Shown: positions 50,701 to 58,213 of the stretch, piece after piece
Numbering within the stretch: the stretch's first letter is position 1
How the letters are laid out: each line of letters starts with the position of its first letter
IMG/VR virus record: IMGVR_UViG_3300025133_000099
Location: 1 to 63,511 of that record
DNA length: 63,511 nucleotides
Reading direction: 5' to 3' (one strand)
Source: a virus
Lineage: Duplodnaviria; Caudoviricetes
Made by a program: the position numbers and the translations under genes
Notes under the pieces: generated by a model
Seen by the model: only the letters and a program-made list of their open reading frames with translations
The model's database searches: none
Told to the model about the DNA's origin: nothing

Positions 50701-52964
50701 TTCTCGTTGGTGTACTTCACAGCATCGAGGATCGGTATGCCATCGCCATCGACGACGACTACGCCGCGTCTGAATCGACCGCCTACATTCACCATCTTGC
50801 CTGTCGTCGGATCTTTGATCTGGGAGCCTTTCGGCCAGCGACGGTTTTCAAGCCTGACGCCTGACTGCTTGGCGCGGAAATCTTCGATGAGTGCTGCGTG
50901 CTGCGCCGAGCCAACCTTGGCGTTCTTGATCTTGTCAAGAATGTCCTGCCCTACCATCTCAAAGCGGTCGTAAGCGAACGTCCCGCTGTGTAGTCGGTGG
51001 TGCCTGCCTGTGACTTCGTGAGGCATCATAGTCGCGGGTAGAGGCATTCCGCCCTTACCTGATGTGATTGTCGTCGCCCAGTCAGTGTGATCCAACAGCT
51101 TTTCAAGGCGATCAATAACCTTCTGAAGCTTCTCGCGGTCTTTACCAGTAGCGGTCGCGAGGGCCGTGTAAGAATCGCGGAGTTTCCGCATGTCTGCGTC
51201 GAGCTTCGGTCGCCCAAACGAACGCAGGATCATGCGAAACTCGCGCTTGTTGACTACGCCTGAGATCAGTGGGTCGCTCGTATCGAATCCGTGCTCGTGC
51301 AGGTATCCCGCCGTGACCTCAACCTCTGCACCCTTATGCTTCACAATCCCGATGACCTGATCGTCCGAAATGACATCTTGAATCAGGTGAAAATACGCGA
51401 ACCTCGGATCAATCTTGTTGCCCTTTTCGTCGAAAACTTCCTTGATCTCATCAGCGGTCGGCTGACGCTGCTTGCCGCCCTCGCGTGCTGGTTCCCACCC
51501 AGAGTAATCTTCGTTTGGTGCCTTTGGCCCCATGCGAAAATGAACGCTGCGTGAACGGTAGTTCATCTCGAAAAAGCGGTCATGGTTCCCGTCGCCAACT
51601 GCTCCGATGGAGTCCCAGTCTGGAGGATCTTTGCTGTAAACTTCCCCTGCTGCATCCAGATGAGGTTGCGTCTGCATCAAACGCTGAATCTTCGATGGGG
51701 CTGAGTCCAACCACCACTGGAGTCTCGGATCATTCTCAGGGTCTGCGATGTCCATAATCCCTGTTGACATGTCCAGTTTGCGACGGAGCATTTCGCGCTC
51801 GCCTGTCGAGGCTGCGGATTCCAGCTTTTCCTGAAGCTCTGCAATCAGTGCTGGGTCGCTTTCACGCGGCATCATTACGTCATCGCCGAAAAAGTTACGG
51901 AACCAGTCGTATGTCTTTGGTGATGTCGCTGCGAGCGTCCAAGGATACATCAAGGCGGCTGTGAAGCTCTCAGCCCAACGCTCTTTGGTATTTTCTTCTG
52001 CGTAAGTCGTAACGCCCTGCTCCCCACCCTTCTTACCGATCTTGTCTTTTTTATTCTTGCTCAGGTGTTCACGCGAAAAAGACTCCCAATCTGCCCAGTT
52101 AGGGCCGTCGTAATCGCGGAGTCGCATCGGCCCAACAGCACCCATCTGGTTGTGAACAGCATGGGCGATCTCGTGAATCGCAACGTGGACGGGGCCGAGT
52201 GCGCCGTCGCAAAGAACTTTCTTAGTCTTTGCGTCCCAGTTCGATAGACCCTTATCTTTCCCACTGCCTGAAAAGCCAAAGTTAGTATTGATAACGATTT
52301 CACTGGTGCCGTCTGGGAGGGCACGACAATAGCCGCCTGCACCTGAACTTCGCAAATACGAGTCCTCGTCAGCGGATGCAACGGTGATTCCCTTGATCGA
52401 GCCACTCCAGTGCTGCCTGATGACGGCGGGGAGACGCTTCATAGCCATCTCTAAGGCACGCAACGGGGTGATCTGTTGGCCGTGTAAATCGTCTGGTTCT
52501 TCTGTCGAGGCGTAGTATTCGCGAATACCGTCCTCGAATACTTCCCGCGCTGTGGGCGAAAGCGTGATGTCTGGCGGCTTGTCCCAGCCAAGCAAAGTCG
52601 CGACGTAGTCCTCAGACAGATCACGCAAGTCCTCGCGTTGAACCTTTAGCTCTTTGAACGCCGATTTGAACTCTGACTTGTTCTTGTGGCGCTTCTCAAG
52701 ATTCTTGATCTTCGCCTTCTTGTTCTTGATTCTCCTTGCCTGATCCTCAAGATAGTTCTGACGGTCTTTTGGAGTGTTGTAGTAGTAGTCCCACCCCAGC
52801 TTGCCATTGTGGATGGTACGGATTCGTCGCCAGTATTTGTGGCCAGCTTTAGGCCCACGGCTAAAGCCTTGCCCTGCCTTCTCAATCGTGTCTGAGAGTT
52901 CTTCTGAGTCGGCGGAAACGTGGGCGAGAAAACCCTTTGAAAGTCCAAGGCGAAACTTACTCAT
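44763..52964 (-). CDS. Giant multidomain protein: zincin metallopeptidase + SNF2-family helicase (polyvalent/DarB-like)
   Basis: HEIAH...TYAEENTKERWAESF; HYMGTGKT, IVAPLN, IVIDEVH, LLTGTP, SDAAQVGMNL, EAQRITRCAR. Confidence 0.85.
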   Translation of the reverse strand: MSKFRLGLSKGFLAHVSADSEELSDTIEKAGQGFSRGPKAGHKYWRRIRTIHNGKLGWDYYYNTPKDRQNYLEDQARRIKNKKAKIKNLEKRHKNKSEFKSAFKELKVQREDLRDLSEDYVATLLGWDKPPDITLSPTAREVFEDGIREYYASTEEPDDLHGQQITPLRALEMAMKRLPAVIRQHWSGSIKGITVASADEDSYLRSSGAGGYCRALPDGTSEIVINTNFGFSGSGKDKGLSNWDAKTKKVLCDGALGPVHVAIHEIAHAVHNQMGAVGPMRLRDYDGPNWADWESFSREHLSKNKKDKIGKKGGEQGVTTYAEENTKERWAESFTAALMYPWTLAATSPKTYDWFRNFFGDDVMMPRESDPALIAELQEKLESAASTGEREMLRRKLDMSTGIMDIADPENDPRLQWWLDSAPSKIQRLMQTQPHLDAAGEVYSKDPPDWDSIGAVGDGNHDRFFEMNYRSRSVHFRMGPKAPNEDYSGWEPAREGGKQRQPTADEIKEVFDEKGNKIDPRFAYFHLIQDVISDDQVIGIVKHKGAEVEVTAGYLHEHGFDTSDPLISGVVNKREFRMILRSFGRPKLDADMRKLRDSYTALATATGKDREKLQKVIDRLEKLLDHTDWATTITSGKGGMPLPATMMPHEVTGRHHRLHSGTFAYDRFEMVGQDILDKIKNAKVGSAQHAALIEDFRAKQSGVRLENRRWPKGSQIKDPTTGKMVNVGGRFRRGVVVVDGDGIPILDAVKYTNENPDGTSTVIKTKRDGSGSFRIDNPMWSRLLTPNGEEVTSAAHLEEYSRVAARAKRTTWMSVKTDRRRYKDSKGRWKVDKAGDTGHHYHMEVQFDGSGQPKILGKEWKRRLGQETPRVDHMLEKDTMFKDIRNVDRSIIPAEQVRMRPPPKRKAGQLPRHLERVIITVEPEEQVAASAKRKDVVARLSRVIMGKKAGEPPAEPGWDRMPEGFDPLVQDIPAAPAGKVSPHERKLIASGVLPPWYNGSKPQKKWYHDHYKPAKAKWKTTFEAEKSKAYETVYEFIGEVGGGAPGRSFRRSGDKAVLSSTRQPISSASPDALEKDLLGYLHEEVDPRSGATVSREMRLKLPRDGRITEGVLSTVDGVSAVPNKLTGVVDYIRCDLDTFHKLRKAVGGLSLTDGADRLLKDRADMLVAAEKATQDSTHSIELEQIDPARLADEWGAGLQKQLPTGQIFELAHHQKELLQKFIDNDGRVLAAHYMGTGKTVSAIVAAKMMLARPYRDTPPPDLKGVDLEAWMEEHPWDLTRKHPDNPKRICIVAPLNTVEQWRVAADDFDDGALVVGSGSNDIPIDDFVAGIKSGLYRPDMVVIGPEYWTIHADKLRTCGFDGIVIDEVHQGVKNQNAERNRKVKEWNSDMKMMMLLTGTPMTTSPTDFVEYIRLLSNGKEWADMTSEKFTAEYLEPSPIPKELGLSGKAGPKLQVKAHKRGELAAILSRYMHIARGADVRGKILPGVRVEENKSAHMTGLHAQRYNLFMATAGMKGAAGLTPEEASRLADPEARRASAAAKAIAQNIGYKPGSTEDYIRHTQISYTKEGKESEKSVDFRTFDPAWLTSEKARGKVNVNKWPSVQEVGFEGANIYDLYCREVLGMPYAELAGKPIGYGIAVKGVKDPYKLPVSKKQREAALKRMSDAGWDGGAKIRNPDAGPLGVRFQGTSKPWNVDLSDKIEAAKSRGDHATAAILELERQKTSERIEVALAVQRAFRKEIKHNPPSGGQTVQHWQEASSENALHNVASEFGIGLQEAKDLLNVNPAPYVSSPTFTTSDTGGYGEVSLKTNVDGDYEKGDWWVSDKAGSLHLPYRPEDWSVPDNAPLAKNGTFADVKNGEIVSVSTAGLKAAGVTKPKMPRGMSKDQRHEWKKAMEDWAPPPLRYDASIEEKDGKVGLIRGDNSRVVYVDKTTIKPQVKSLMDPGMRIDRVKWDLSMTTGNAAADQLQLHIERFHADGGKAGPDGERQMVLFGNGILESCRTMEAKMRLMGFRDVNEVIEGSPHFDPSDPTTKDGIGPNQKYFVTYIGSTYTGSRELNVSIFQKVKDKLGRDSKQSLFVHKVLEGRPPQSFIVDRVKNEDGTESSKKLKIPWAVYPGDFSDDHLPTGLSSIQMSQWTPDQRDCIDHQFKIKAPESYVNLDNGNGTETKAYFYGTKRSAAILRSIALLGNPAKMASEDAAKAIKQIATLKAEYAKIAAANATTDEPISAKQQHVFNNCEVMICSDAAQVGMNLGNASEMYMYDSLASPMAEAQRITRCARMLPPAVSAALLGEPVMVPKMTYQRDDDGNLVMLTNPDDPDGPKIAKKIEKKQRNPDTGKLETVMTQKVDDKGRPVYDGSGPFTAIREMEKELFDPESRELPSGVVEGLVIDGEVLGGADSEPAEAQSFKAALTTIAHHASTNADSYGLCDRMLTKAERQVRDEWEAISNKCAVAGNLGPIAARQMLLDLKKIKVPGGTENLISFPETGLEVVDAEGGTYDSVVVNQAEKRVREAIDKLPEADRQAILNSGFIQTEGPQANSHDAASIYMAIRAQEILTWVEDNLEEVGAEMRQSVGGTVVTDTDVMNRVIDRLSPKDRAILKTKKYLVNVRKTASSAEVGQIHMHDIWVAAGGELPDGTIATKKTKVRERVFTGYEREHPISTEQKKRAMSRARNIGYERILSDVQNGVDFRAEGAFEQVSSMQFAAASTLPEELAKALKLVFDVQKLRSMAWN

Positions 52965-53293
52965 GATCGTCTCTCCCCCATCAAATCTGTGTTGGGAATA
53001 GTGCGAACAGCATGCTCAAAGTGTTGGGCGTCTTTGGGGTTCGCGATCCCGATTGTCGTCATGTCGATTGTTTGCCCATCGACAACTTCCTCAAGGCCAC
53101 TCATCACAGTCGTTGGCTCCTGCATGTGGTCATGCACCATCGCGAGGAATGCTGAGTCGGCTACCTGCGGGTCGTAGTCTACAACGTCGAACCCAGACCC
53201 TGCGTGGGTGTCGGCCACCAGCGTGCAGGCGAAACGCCTGAACGGTCGCGTCATAAACCGTCGCCAAATGTGCCATTGTCGTTCGTCACTCAT
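52961..53293 (-). CDS. Hypothetical protein (likely start MSDERQW)
   Basis: AAGGAG RBS; coupled to neighbours. Confidence 0.6.
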   Translation of the reverse strand: MSDERQWHIWRRFMTRPFRRFACTLVADTHAGSGFDVVDYDPQVADSAFLAMVHDHMQEPTTVMSGLEEVVDGQTIDMTTIGIANPKDAQHFEHAVRTIPNTDLMGERRS

Positions 53294-55949
53294 TGCTATC
53301 TCCTTGCGTCTCTGCCGCTTTTCGTCGACCTTCACGCCCCATAAATCTCAAGAATCGTTCTTCACTCATTACCCTGCTGGTTCCTTTTTCGCGACCAACC
53401 TTAGATCGGTTTTTAGGGTGCAGCATGTTCTGAAGATGGTTTGTCAGGATTTCTTCTGCGTACAACCAAGAACTTGCTGGATCTGTGCCGCGCTGCGGCC
53501 CCGTATCGTGAACAAGTGAGGGATCGACGGTGTGCGTCTTGGAATGGGCTTCAAACTGACGCTGGCGTTCCTCGCGCCTGCGAGTGTAAAACCACTCTCG
53601 GAGCGTCTCAGACTGCTTTTTACTCAGCTTGCCAGCTTTCTCTTTGTCCAGAAGCTTGCCGACTCGCTCCTGCTCGCCTGCTCGCTGCCCTGCCATGAAC
53701 ATCTGTACGCGGTCGTCGGAGCCAAAGCGTTCTTTCAGATCATTGTAGGAAAATCCACCGACCGACTTGACCTTGGGCACATGCGATCTGGCTGCTGTCC
53801 AACGCTTCACGCGGTTTGCACTTTCAGCGCCAAGCTGATTCGCGATTTCCTTGTATGTCGCGGTCGCTGCTGATCTGGCGCGTTCGCCCTTTCGTTGAAC
53901 TGTGCGGTCACTATCTTTAGGCAGCGCAAGACCAAGCTCGACAGCCAAGTCATAATCACTCATCAAACCAGTGCGCGATTTGGATTGTCGTCTGCTTTCA
54001 GCCTGCGGCGTGTCGCCTGCAAGACCCTCCCGTTCAAGGCCAAAAAGCACAGTGAGTGTTTCTGCTTGCGAGGATGGCATCTTCGCGAGGATCGTTTCAA
54101 GCTCAGCACGCAGGTGGTGCTGAGTTCCTTGGGGCAGGGTTGAGTCTCCGCCAACAGGAAGCAAACTGCCCTCATTTTGATTCATCCATTCTGAGTCTGC
54201 TACGCGGTCGCCAGCGGTGATCCTCTCCATCTCTCCGATAAGTTGTAGCTTTCCAGGGTAGACCTTCCCGTGCTCTGTTCCGTCTGGCCCTTTGACTTGC
54301 CAAGGTTCATTCGGAACCTGCTCGTGTGCTTGGTCGATGACTTTGTCGCCGTCTGAGTACACGCCCAAACCTGAGTTTGCGCCAGTGAACGTCAGTCGTT
54401 TTGGAAGATACCAAGATCGGGCGATTGCCTCCTGTGTGGGGCTGTCAGTTTTCTGACTTGCGCGGCTTCTCGCTGCAATGAATCCATGCACCAACTGCAT
54501 CTGTCGGTGAGGAATGGCAGCACTACCGCCAGTCAGAGTTTCACGAGCAGCCTTCGTCGCATAGACGCGGCAGTAGTCATTGGCTTTCAGCGCGAAAGGT
54601 TGCCCTCCTGCGAAAGCTCTGAGCGACAATACAAATCCGAGAATCGCGCCAGACTTTACTTCCTCGAACTCCGCTGTTTCCCCGCCGTCGTTGAACATAG
54701 CGATTCGGTGGCTCTTAGCAACGTCACGAGCGGCTGCATGAATCATCGCGCCGAACTCTTGCAGCATGCCTGCTTGGTCGGCTTGAGGGACGAATACAGC
54801 CCATTCTCGGCGGTTCTGCGCCTGATGGTTGTCCTTGTAGACGGCGAGCATGTATTCGCCGTTTTCAAGCTTGTGGAGAAACGTGCCTTCAGCAGCTTGG
54901 CTGTCAGCGTAAACGGCTGCGCGTCGGGCTTCAGCACCGATTGGGACGCCTTCTAAATCCTTGGGAACTGGAGGCTGATCTTTAGCGGGAGTTCCGACGA
55001 CAATCGGAGGTTTAGCCCGAACTGGTGGCTTTGCGCGTGGTTGCGTTCGCTTGCGCGGGCGGGCGATTGCCTTCTTTTTCTTGCGCTTTTTCTCAGCTTT
55101 TCGCTCGGCAAGATCGAAAGAGCGCATTGGTTGAATACTCTGCTTGGCGACACGCTCTGGTGTTCCGCCTGCACGCTTGTGGGCAGCGTCGTAAGGTGTC
55201 ACCCAAGTATGCTTTTCATCGGTTTCCGCATGGTCTGGCGTCCAAACGAACAGTCCCTTGCGACCGCCGACATGGATGAACGCGCCCGCTTCGATGCTGT
55301 CAACACCCAGACCTTTCTTCGGGTCGGGTTCCCAGTCGAGGGTGTGATGAGCCTTATCTTCAGTCGGATACCAGTAGAGCCAACCGCCGCTTGATTTGCG
55401 CTTTCGGTAGCCGCCTTTCTTGCTTCCAAACGCCATGAACCCAGCAGGAGGCTTATTTGATTTTGCCATCCAGATAGATTTAGTCACAGTGTCGTTCATC
55501 CATGGTATCCCGTCTTCATCTCCGTTCGACGTTCGTTCGCGAATAGCGTCAACCGTCGTTTCGATGCAGCCGACAATCGCACGATTGTCGCCTTGATAAT
55601 AAGCAGTCCAAGCTTTTATTGCTTCTTTTTCTGTCGGAAATCCCAGAGCAACCTTATCTTCGCCGTACTGCTTAGGCTCTTTCGGGCTGTCGGAATCGCT
55701 ACCGTGAGCATCTTGCAGAACAAAGACTTTGTCGGACTGCCAGTCTGATCCGAGAATGACATCAATCGGATCGCCGTCGACGCCTTTTCGTTTTGGAATG
55801 TCGCCATACGAGAATCCGACAAGCTTCTGTCCAGACGACGGATTCTTGTCACCGTCGACAACCTCCAGCCCAACAAGAATGCCCCTAAAGTTGACTACGC
55901 CTTTGTAGTCGCCCTGTGGTGGCCCCATGATTTCCCTGACAGATTTCAT
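53286..55949 (-). CDS. Fusion of inorganic-pyrophosphatase-like (InPase) domain and sigma-70-like domain
   Basis: YGDIPKRKGVDGDPIDVILG...YGEDKVALGF; sigma region 2-like EVKSGAILGFVLSLRAF...FALKANDYCR; region 4-like ILAKMPSSQAETLTVLFGL...DLAVELGL...RTVQR. Confidence 0.72.
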   Translation of the reverse strand: MKSVREIMGPPQGDYKGVVNFRGILVGLEVVDGDKNPSSGQKLVGFSYGDIPKRKGVDGDPIDVILGSDWQSDKVFVLQDAHGSDSDSPKEPKQYGEDKVALGFPTEKEAIKAWTAYYQGDNRAIVGCIETTVDAIRERTSNGDEDGIPWMNDTVTKSIWMAKSNKPPAGFMAFGSKKGGYRKRKSSGGWLYWYPTEDKAHHTLDWEPDPKKGLGVDSIEAGAFIHVGGRKGLFVWTPDHAETDEKHTWVTPYDAAHKRAGGTPERVAKQSIQPMRSFDLAERKAEKKRKKKKAIARPRKRTQPRAKPPVRAKPPIVVGTPAKDQPPVPKDLEGVPIGAEARRAAVYADSQAAEGTFLHKLENGEYMLAVYKDNHQAQNRREWAVFVPQADQAGMLQEFGAMIHAAARDVAKSHRIAMFNDGGETAEFEEVKSGAILGFVLSLRAFAGGQPFALKANDYCRVYATKAARETLTGGSAAIPHRQMQLVHGFIAARSRASQKTDSPTQEAIARSWYLPKRLTFTGANSGLGVYSDGDKVIDQAHEQVPNEPWQVKGPDGTEHGKVYPGKLQLIGEMERITAGDRVADSEWMNQNEGSLLPVGGDSTLPQGTQHHLRAELETILAKMPSSQAETLTVLFGLEREGLAGDTPQAESRRQSKSRTGLMSDYDLAVELGLALPKDSDRTVQRKGERARSAATATYKEIANQLGAESANRVKRWTAARSHVPKVKSVGGFSYNDLKERFGSDDRVQMFMAGQRAGEQERVGKLLDKEKAGKLSKKQSETLREWFYTRRREERQRQFEAHSKTHTVDPSLVHDTGPQRGTDPASSWLYAEEILTNHLQNMLHPKNRSKVGREKGTSRVMSEERFLRFMGREGRRKAAETQGDSNE

Positions 55950-56968
55950 GCCGCACCCTCATCTTCGTCAGGGAACAGTTCGCCGCCTGCTCCGACAATG
56001 CTGGGTGCGGCCTTTCCGCTGCTCCAGCCGTCAGGCATGACGAGGTAGTTTGGCAGGCGAATCAACGCGCAAGCGCAATACGGGTGCAGTGGGCCGATGA
56101 CTGGCTGCCAGTCGGCACGCTTTCGACCGACGTTCGTACCGTTGCCCGATAGCTCGTCAAGGACGAAAATGCGTGGAGCGCCACCCTCAAGGTGCTGCTC
56201 AACACAATGCTTGCAGGCGTCAGGCTTAGGCAGCTTGTACGCAAGGATCTGGAAAGCTGGCCGCTTTTCGGCTTGAGCCGCCTCCGCTTCTACTTCTTCC
56301 CACCCTGCACGCAGACCCTCATTCCAAGCCTCCTGTGATTCGGTCTGGACGATTCGCGTCCAGTCGCGTGCCCAGTCCTTCGTCGCGTGGCCCAGATCGC
56401 TCCGAACCCGACCAAGCGTCGAACGAAACTCGTTATCGAAAAAATCGTCACCCAAGCCGAGATCGACGCCACGGGCTTTCATCCGTTTAGCTGCGTCGTC
56501 ATCGCCGAACTTTGCCGCCACAGCGTCTTTGATCGTCAAGCGCATCTTATCCTCAAGAGCGCGATCCGCGTTGACGAGAATGCGGCCCGTCGCTGCTTCA
56601 ACACGGTTTCCAAGGCCACGAACGAATGTCGCTGCGCGGGCGTTAGCTGCATCAGCGGCTTTGCGCTCAGTGCGCGTCATTGGCGTTGTGTGGCGTTTGA
56701 TTTCGTCCACCCACTCAGCAGCGGTCGTTCCGTAGCGGCTGTACTGCTGCGCGTGGTCAAGGTGCGCGAGAAAGCTCCCGAACATCGAGAGGTTCGCAGC
56801 TATTGCTTCTTTTGAAGCTTTCGGGTCGACAAACCCCAGAGCAACTGCCAGATCCCATTCTTCTTTGCTTACAGCGTCTTTACCATAGACGGTAGCTGCA
56901 ACAGCGCCATGATAGCGTTTGAGAATGTCTTGAACCTCTCGAATCGTGCTGGGGGTGAGAATGAACAT
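55946..56968 (-). CDS. MuF/SPP1 gp7-like minor head protein
   Basis: RIVQTESQEAWNEG, ACKHC, GPLHPYCAC. Confidence 0.8.
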   Translation of the reverse strand: MFILTPSTIREVQDILKRYHGAVAATVYGKDAVSKEEWDLAVALGFVDPKASKEAIAANLSMFGSFLAHLDHAQQYSRYGTTAAEWVDEIKRHTTPMTRTERKAADAANARAATFVRGLGNRVEAATGRILVNADRALEDKMRLTIKDAVAAKFGDDDAAKRMKARGVDLGLGDDFFDNEFRSTLGRVRSDLGHATKDWARDWTRIVQTESQEAWNEGLRAGWEEVEAEAAQAEKRPAFQILAYKLPKPDACKHCVEQHLEGGAPRIFVLDELSGNGTNVGRKRADWQPVIGPLHPYCACALIRLPNYLVMPDGWSSGKAAPSIVGAGGELFPDEDEGAA

Positions 56969-56975
56969 TCCGTGT

Positions 56976-57290
56976 TCACTTTCGGTTTTTAGGCAGTGGT
57001 GAATCCCCGATAGTATTCCGATCTAAGGCGACAATCACAGCGAGCGTTTCGCGCACCCACTGCATGTCGGTCTGAAGCCCCTGAACATACAGTCTGATCT
57101 CAGAGACGGTCGCAGCTTCCTGAGTGCTTCTTTCCTCCAGAACAGCCATCTTTCGTGACAAACTCTGGAGTTCCTCGTGGTCTTTGGCACGGTCTGAGAC
57201 AAGCTGCTTTACAAAGAACCCGACAATGGCAAGCAAAAGGCCAAATACGATGTCGAAAGCCCATGCGATTATGGGTAGATCACTTTCCAT
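56976..57290 (-). CDS. Membrane-anchored coiled-coil protein (likely start MESDL)
   Basis: N-terminal TM segment followed by heptad repeats. Confidence 0.6.
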   Translation of the reverse strand: MESDLPIIAWAFDIVFGLLLAIVGFFVKQLVSDRAKDHEELQSLSRKMAVLEERSTQEAATVSEIRLYVQGLQTDMQWVRETLAVIVALDRNTIGDSPLPKNRK

Positions 57291-57609
57291 TTGTTCGCCC
57301 CCGTAGTTCATCGCGGTCGACGCTCTCATAGGCGGCTTGGAGGACGGTTCTGATCTCCGACAGAGCAAGACTCATAGCTGTGTCGTAGACTTCGTTCGCC
57401 TCGTCAATAGCTTCTTGGATGACACGATACTTTGGCTTCTGGCGAACTGGGACGCTTACGCGCTTTGCCCCAGCCGCCTTAGCCAGATTGTCCAACCACA
57501 CAGCACGATCCTCGCCTTCAGCCTCCGCGATTGTCGCCAAAGCATCGACGACAATCTCTGGATCTTCAGCGAGAAGTCCATGCGGAAGTGTGAAGGATAG
57601 GTGTGCCAC
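57280..57609 (-). CDS. Hypothetical helical protein
   Basis: Operon position; contains LAKA. Confidence 0.55.
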   Translation of the reverse strand: MAHLSFTLPHGLLAEDPEIVVDALATIAEAEGEDRAVWLDNLAKAAGAKRVSVPVRQKPKYRVIQEAIDEANEVYDTAMSLALSEIRTVLQAAYESVDRDELRGRTNGK

Positions 57610-57632
57610 TCGGCCCCCTGTAAAGAGAGCGA

Positions 57633-58181
57633 TTAGCCGTTGAACGAACCTTCAGTCGTGTGAAGTCCACCGTTGAATCCAACGGAAATGTCACCAAATC
57701 CACTGCGTTCTTCGTTGTCCACAGTCAGTGTTTCAGCGGCTGCGCCAGTTTGCTCAACCTTGATGTCACCGATCCGAACAAACTCAGCGGTTCCGAGAGA
57801 AGATTCGATCTCAGCAGTGGTCATCTTGTCAGATGCTCCTGCCCAGACGACTGTGATCACAGCAGATCCGCTGGAGCAGTCGAACACGATGTGGGCATAG
57901 TTGGTAGCCGCTTCTTCGTCGCCGTTATCCCAAGTACCACCAGCAGCGGGAGCGCCCGTGAGAGTAGCAGCAGCTTCGTAGACCGTACCGCTGGGGCAGA
58001 TCATGATACTGGCGGGTGTGGCAATCGACAGGGTCGTTTCCCAACTGGATGTACCCGTGGGTGTGCTGCCATCGGCAAGAAGACCGTAGCCCTCGCATCG
58101 TCGGTAGTTGAGTTTGGCTGAGTTGTTGACGGCGTCAAGAACCTTGCCGCTTTGGGCTGCGAGAAGTGAGGGAGTACCCAT
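57633..58181 (-). CDS. Hypothetical, probably virion protein
   Basis: AGGAG RBS; T/G/A-rich beta composition. Confidence 0.6.
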   Translation of the reverse strand: MGTPSLLAAQSGKVLDAVNNSAKLNYRRCEGYGLLADGSTPTGTSSWETTLSIATPASIMICPSGTVYEAAATLTGAPAAGGTWDNGDEEAATNYAHIVFDCSSGSAVITVVWAGASDKMTTAEIESSLGTAEFVRIGDIKVEQTGAAAETLTVDNEERSGFGDISVGFNGGLHTTEGSFNG

Positions 58182-58213
58182 TTGAAATCTCCTGAAAGAA
58201 AAGGGGGGGTGAT

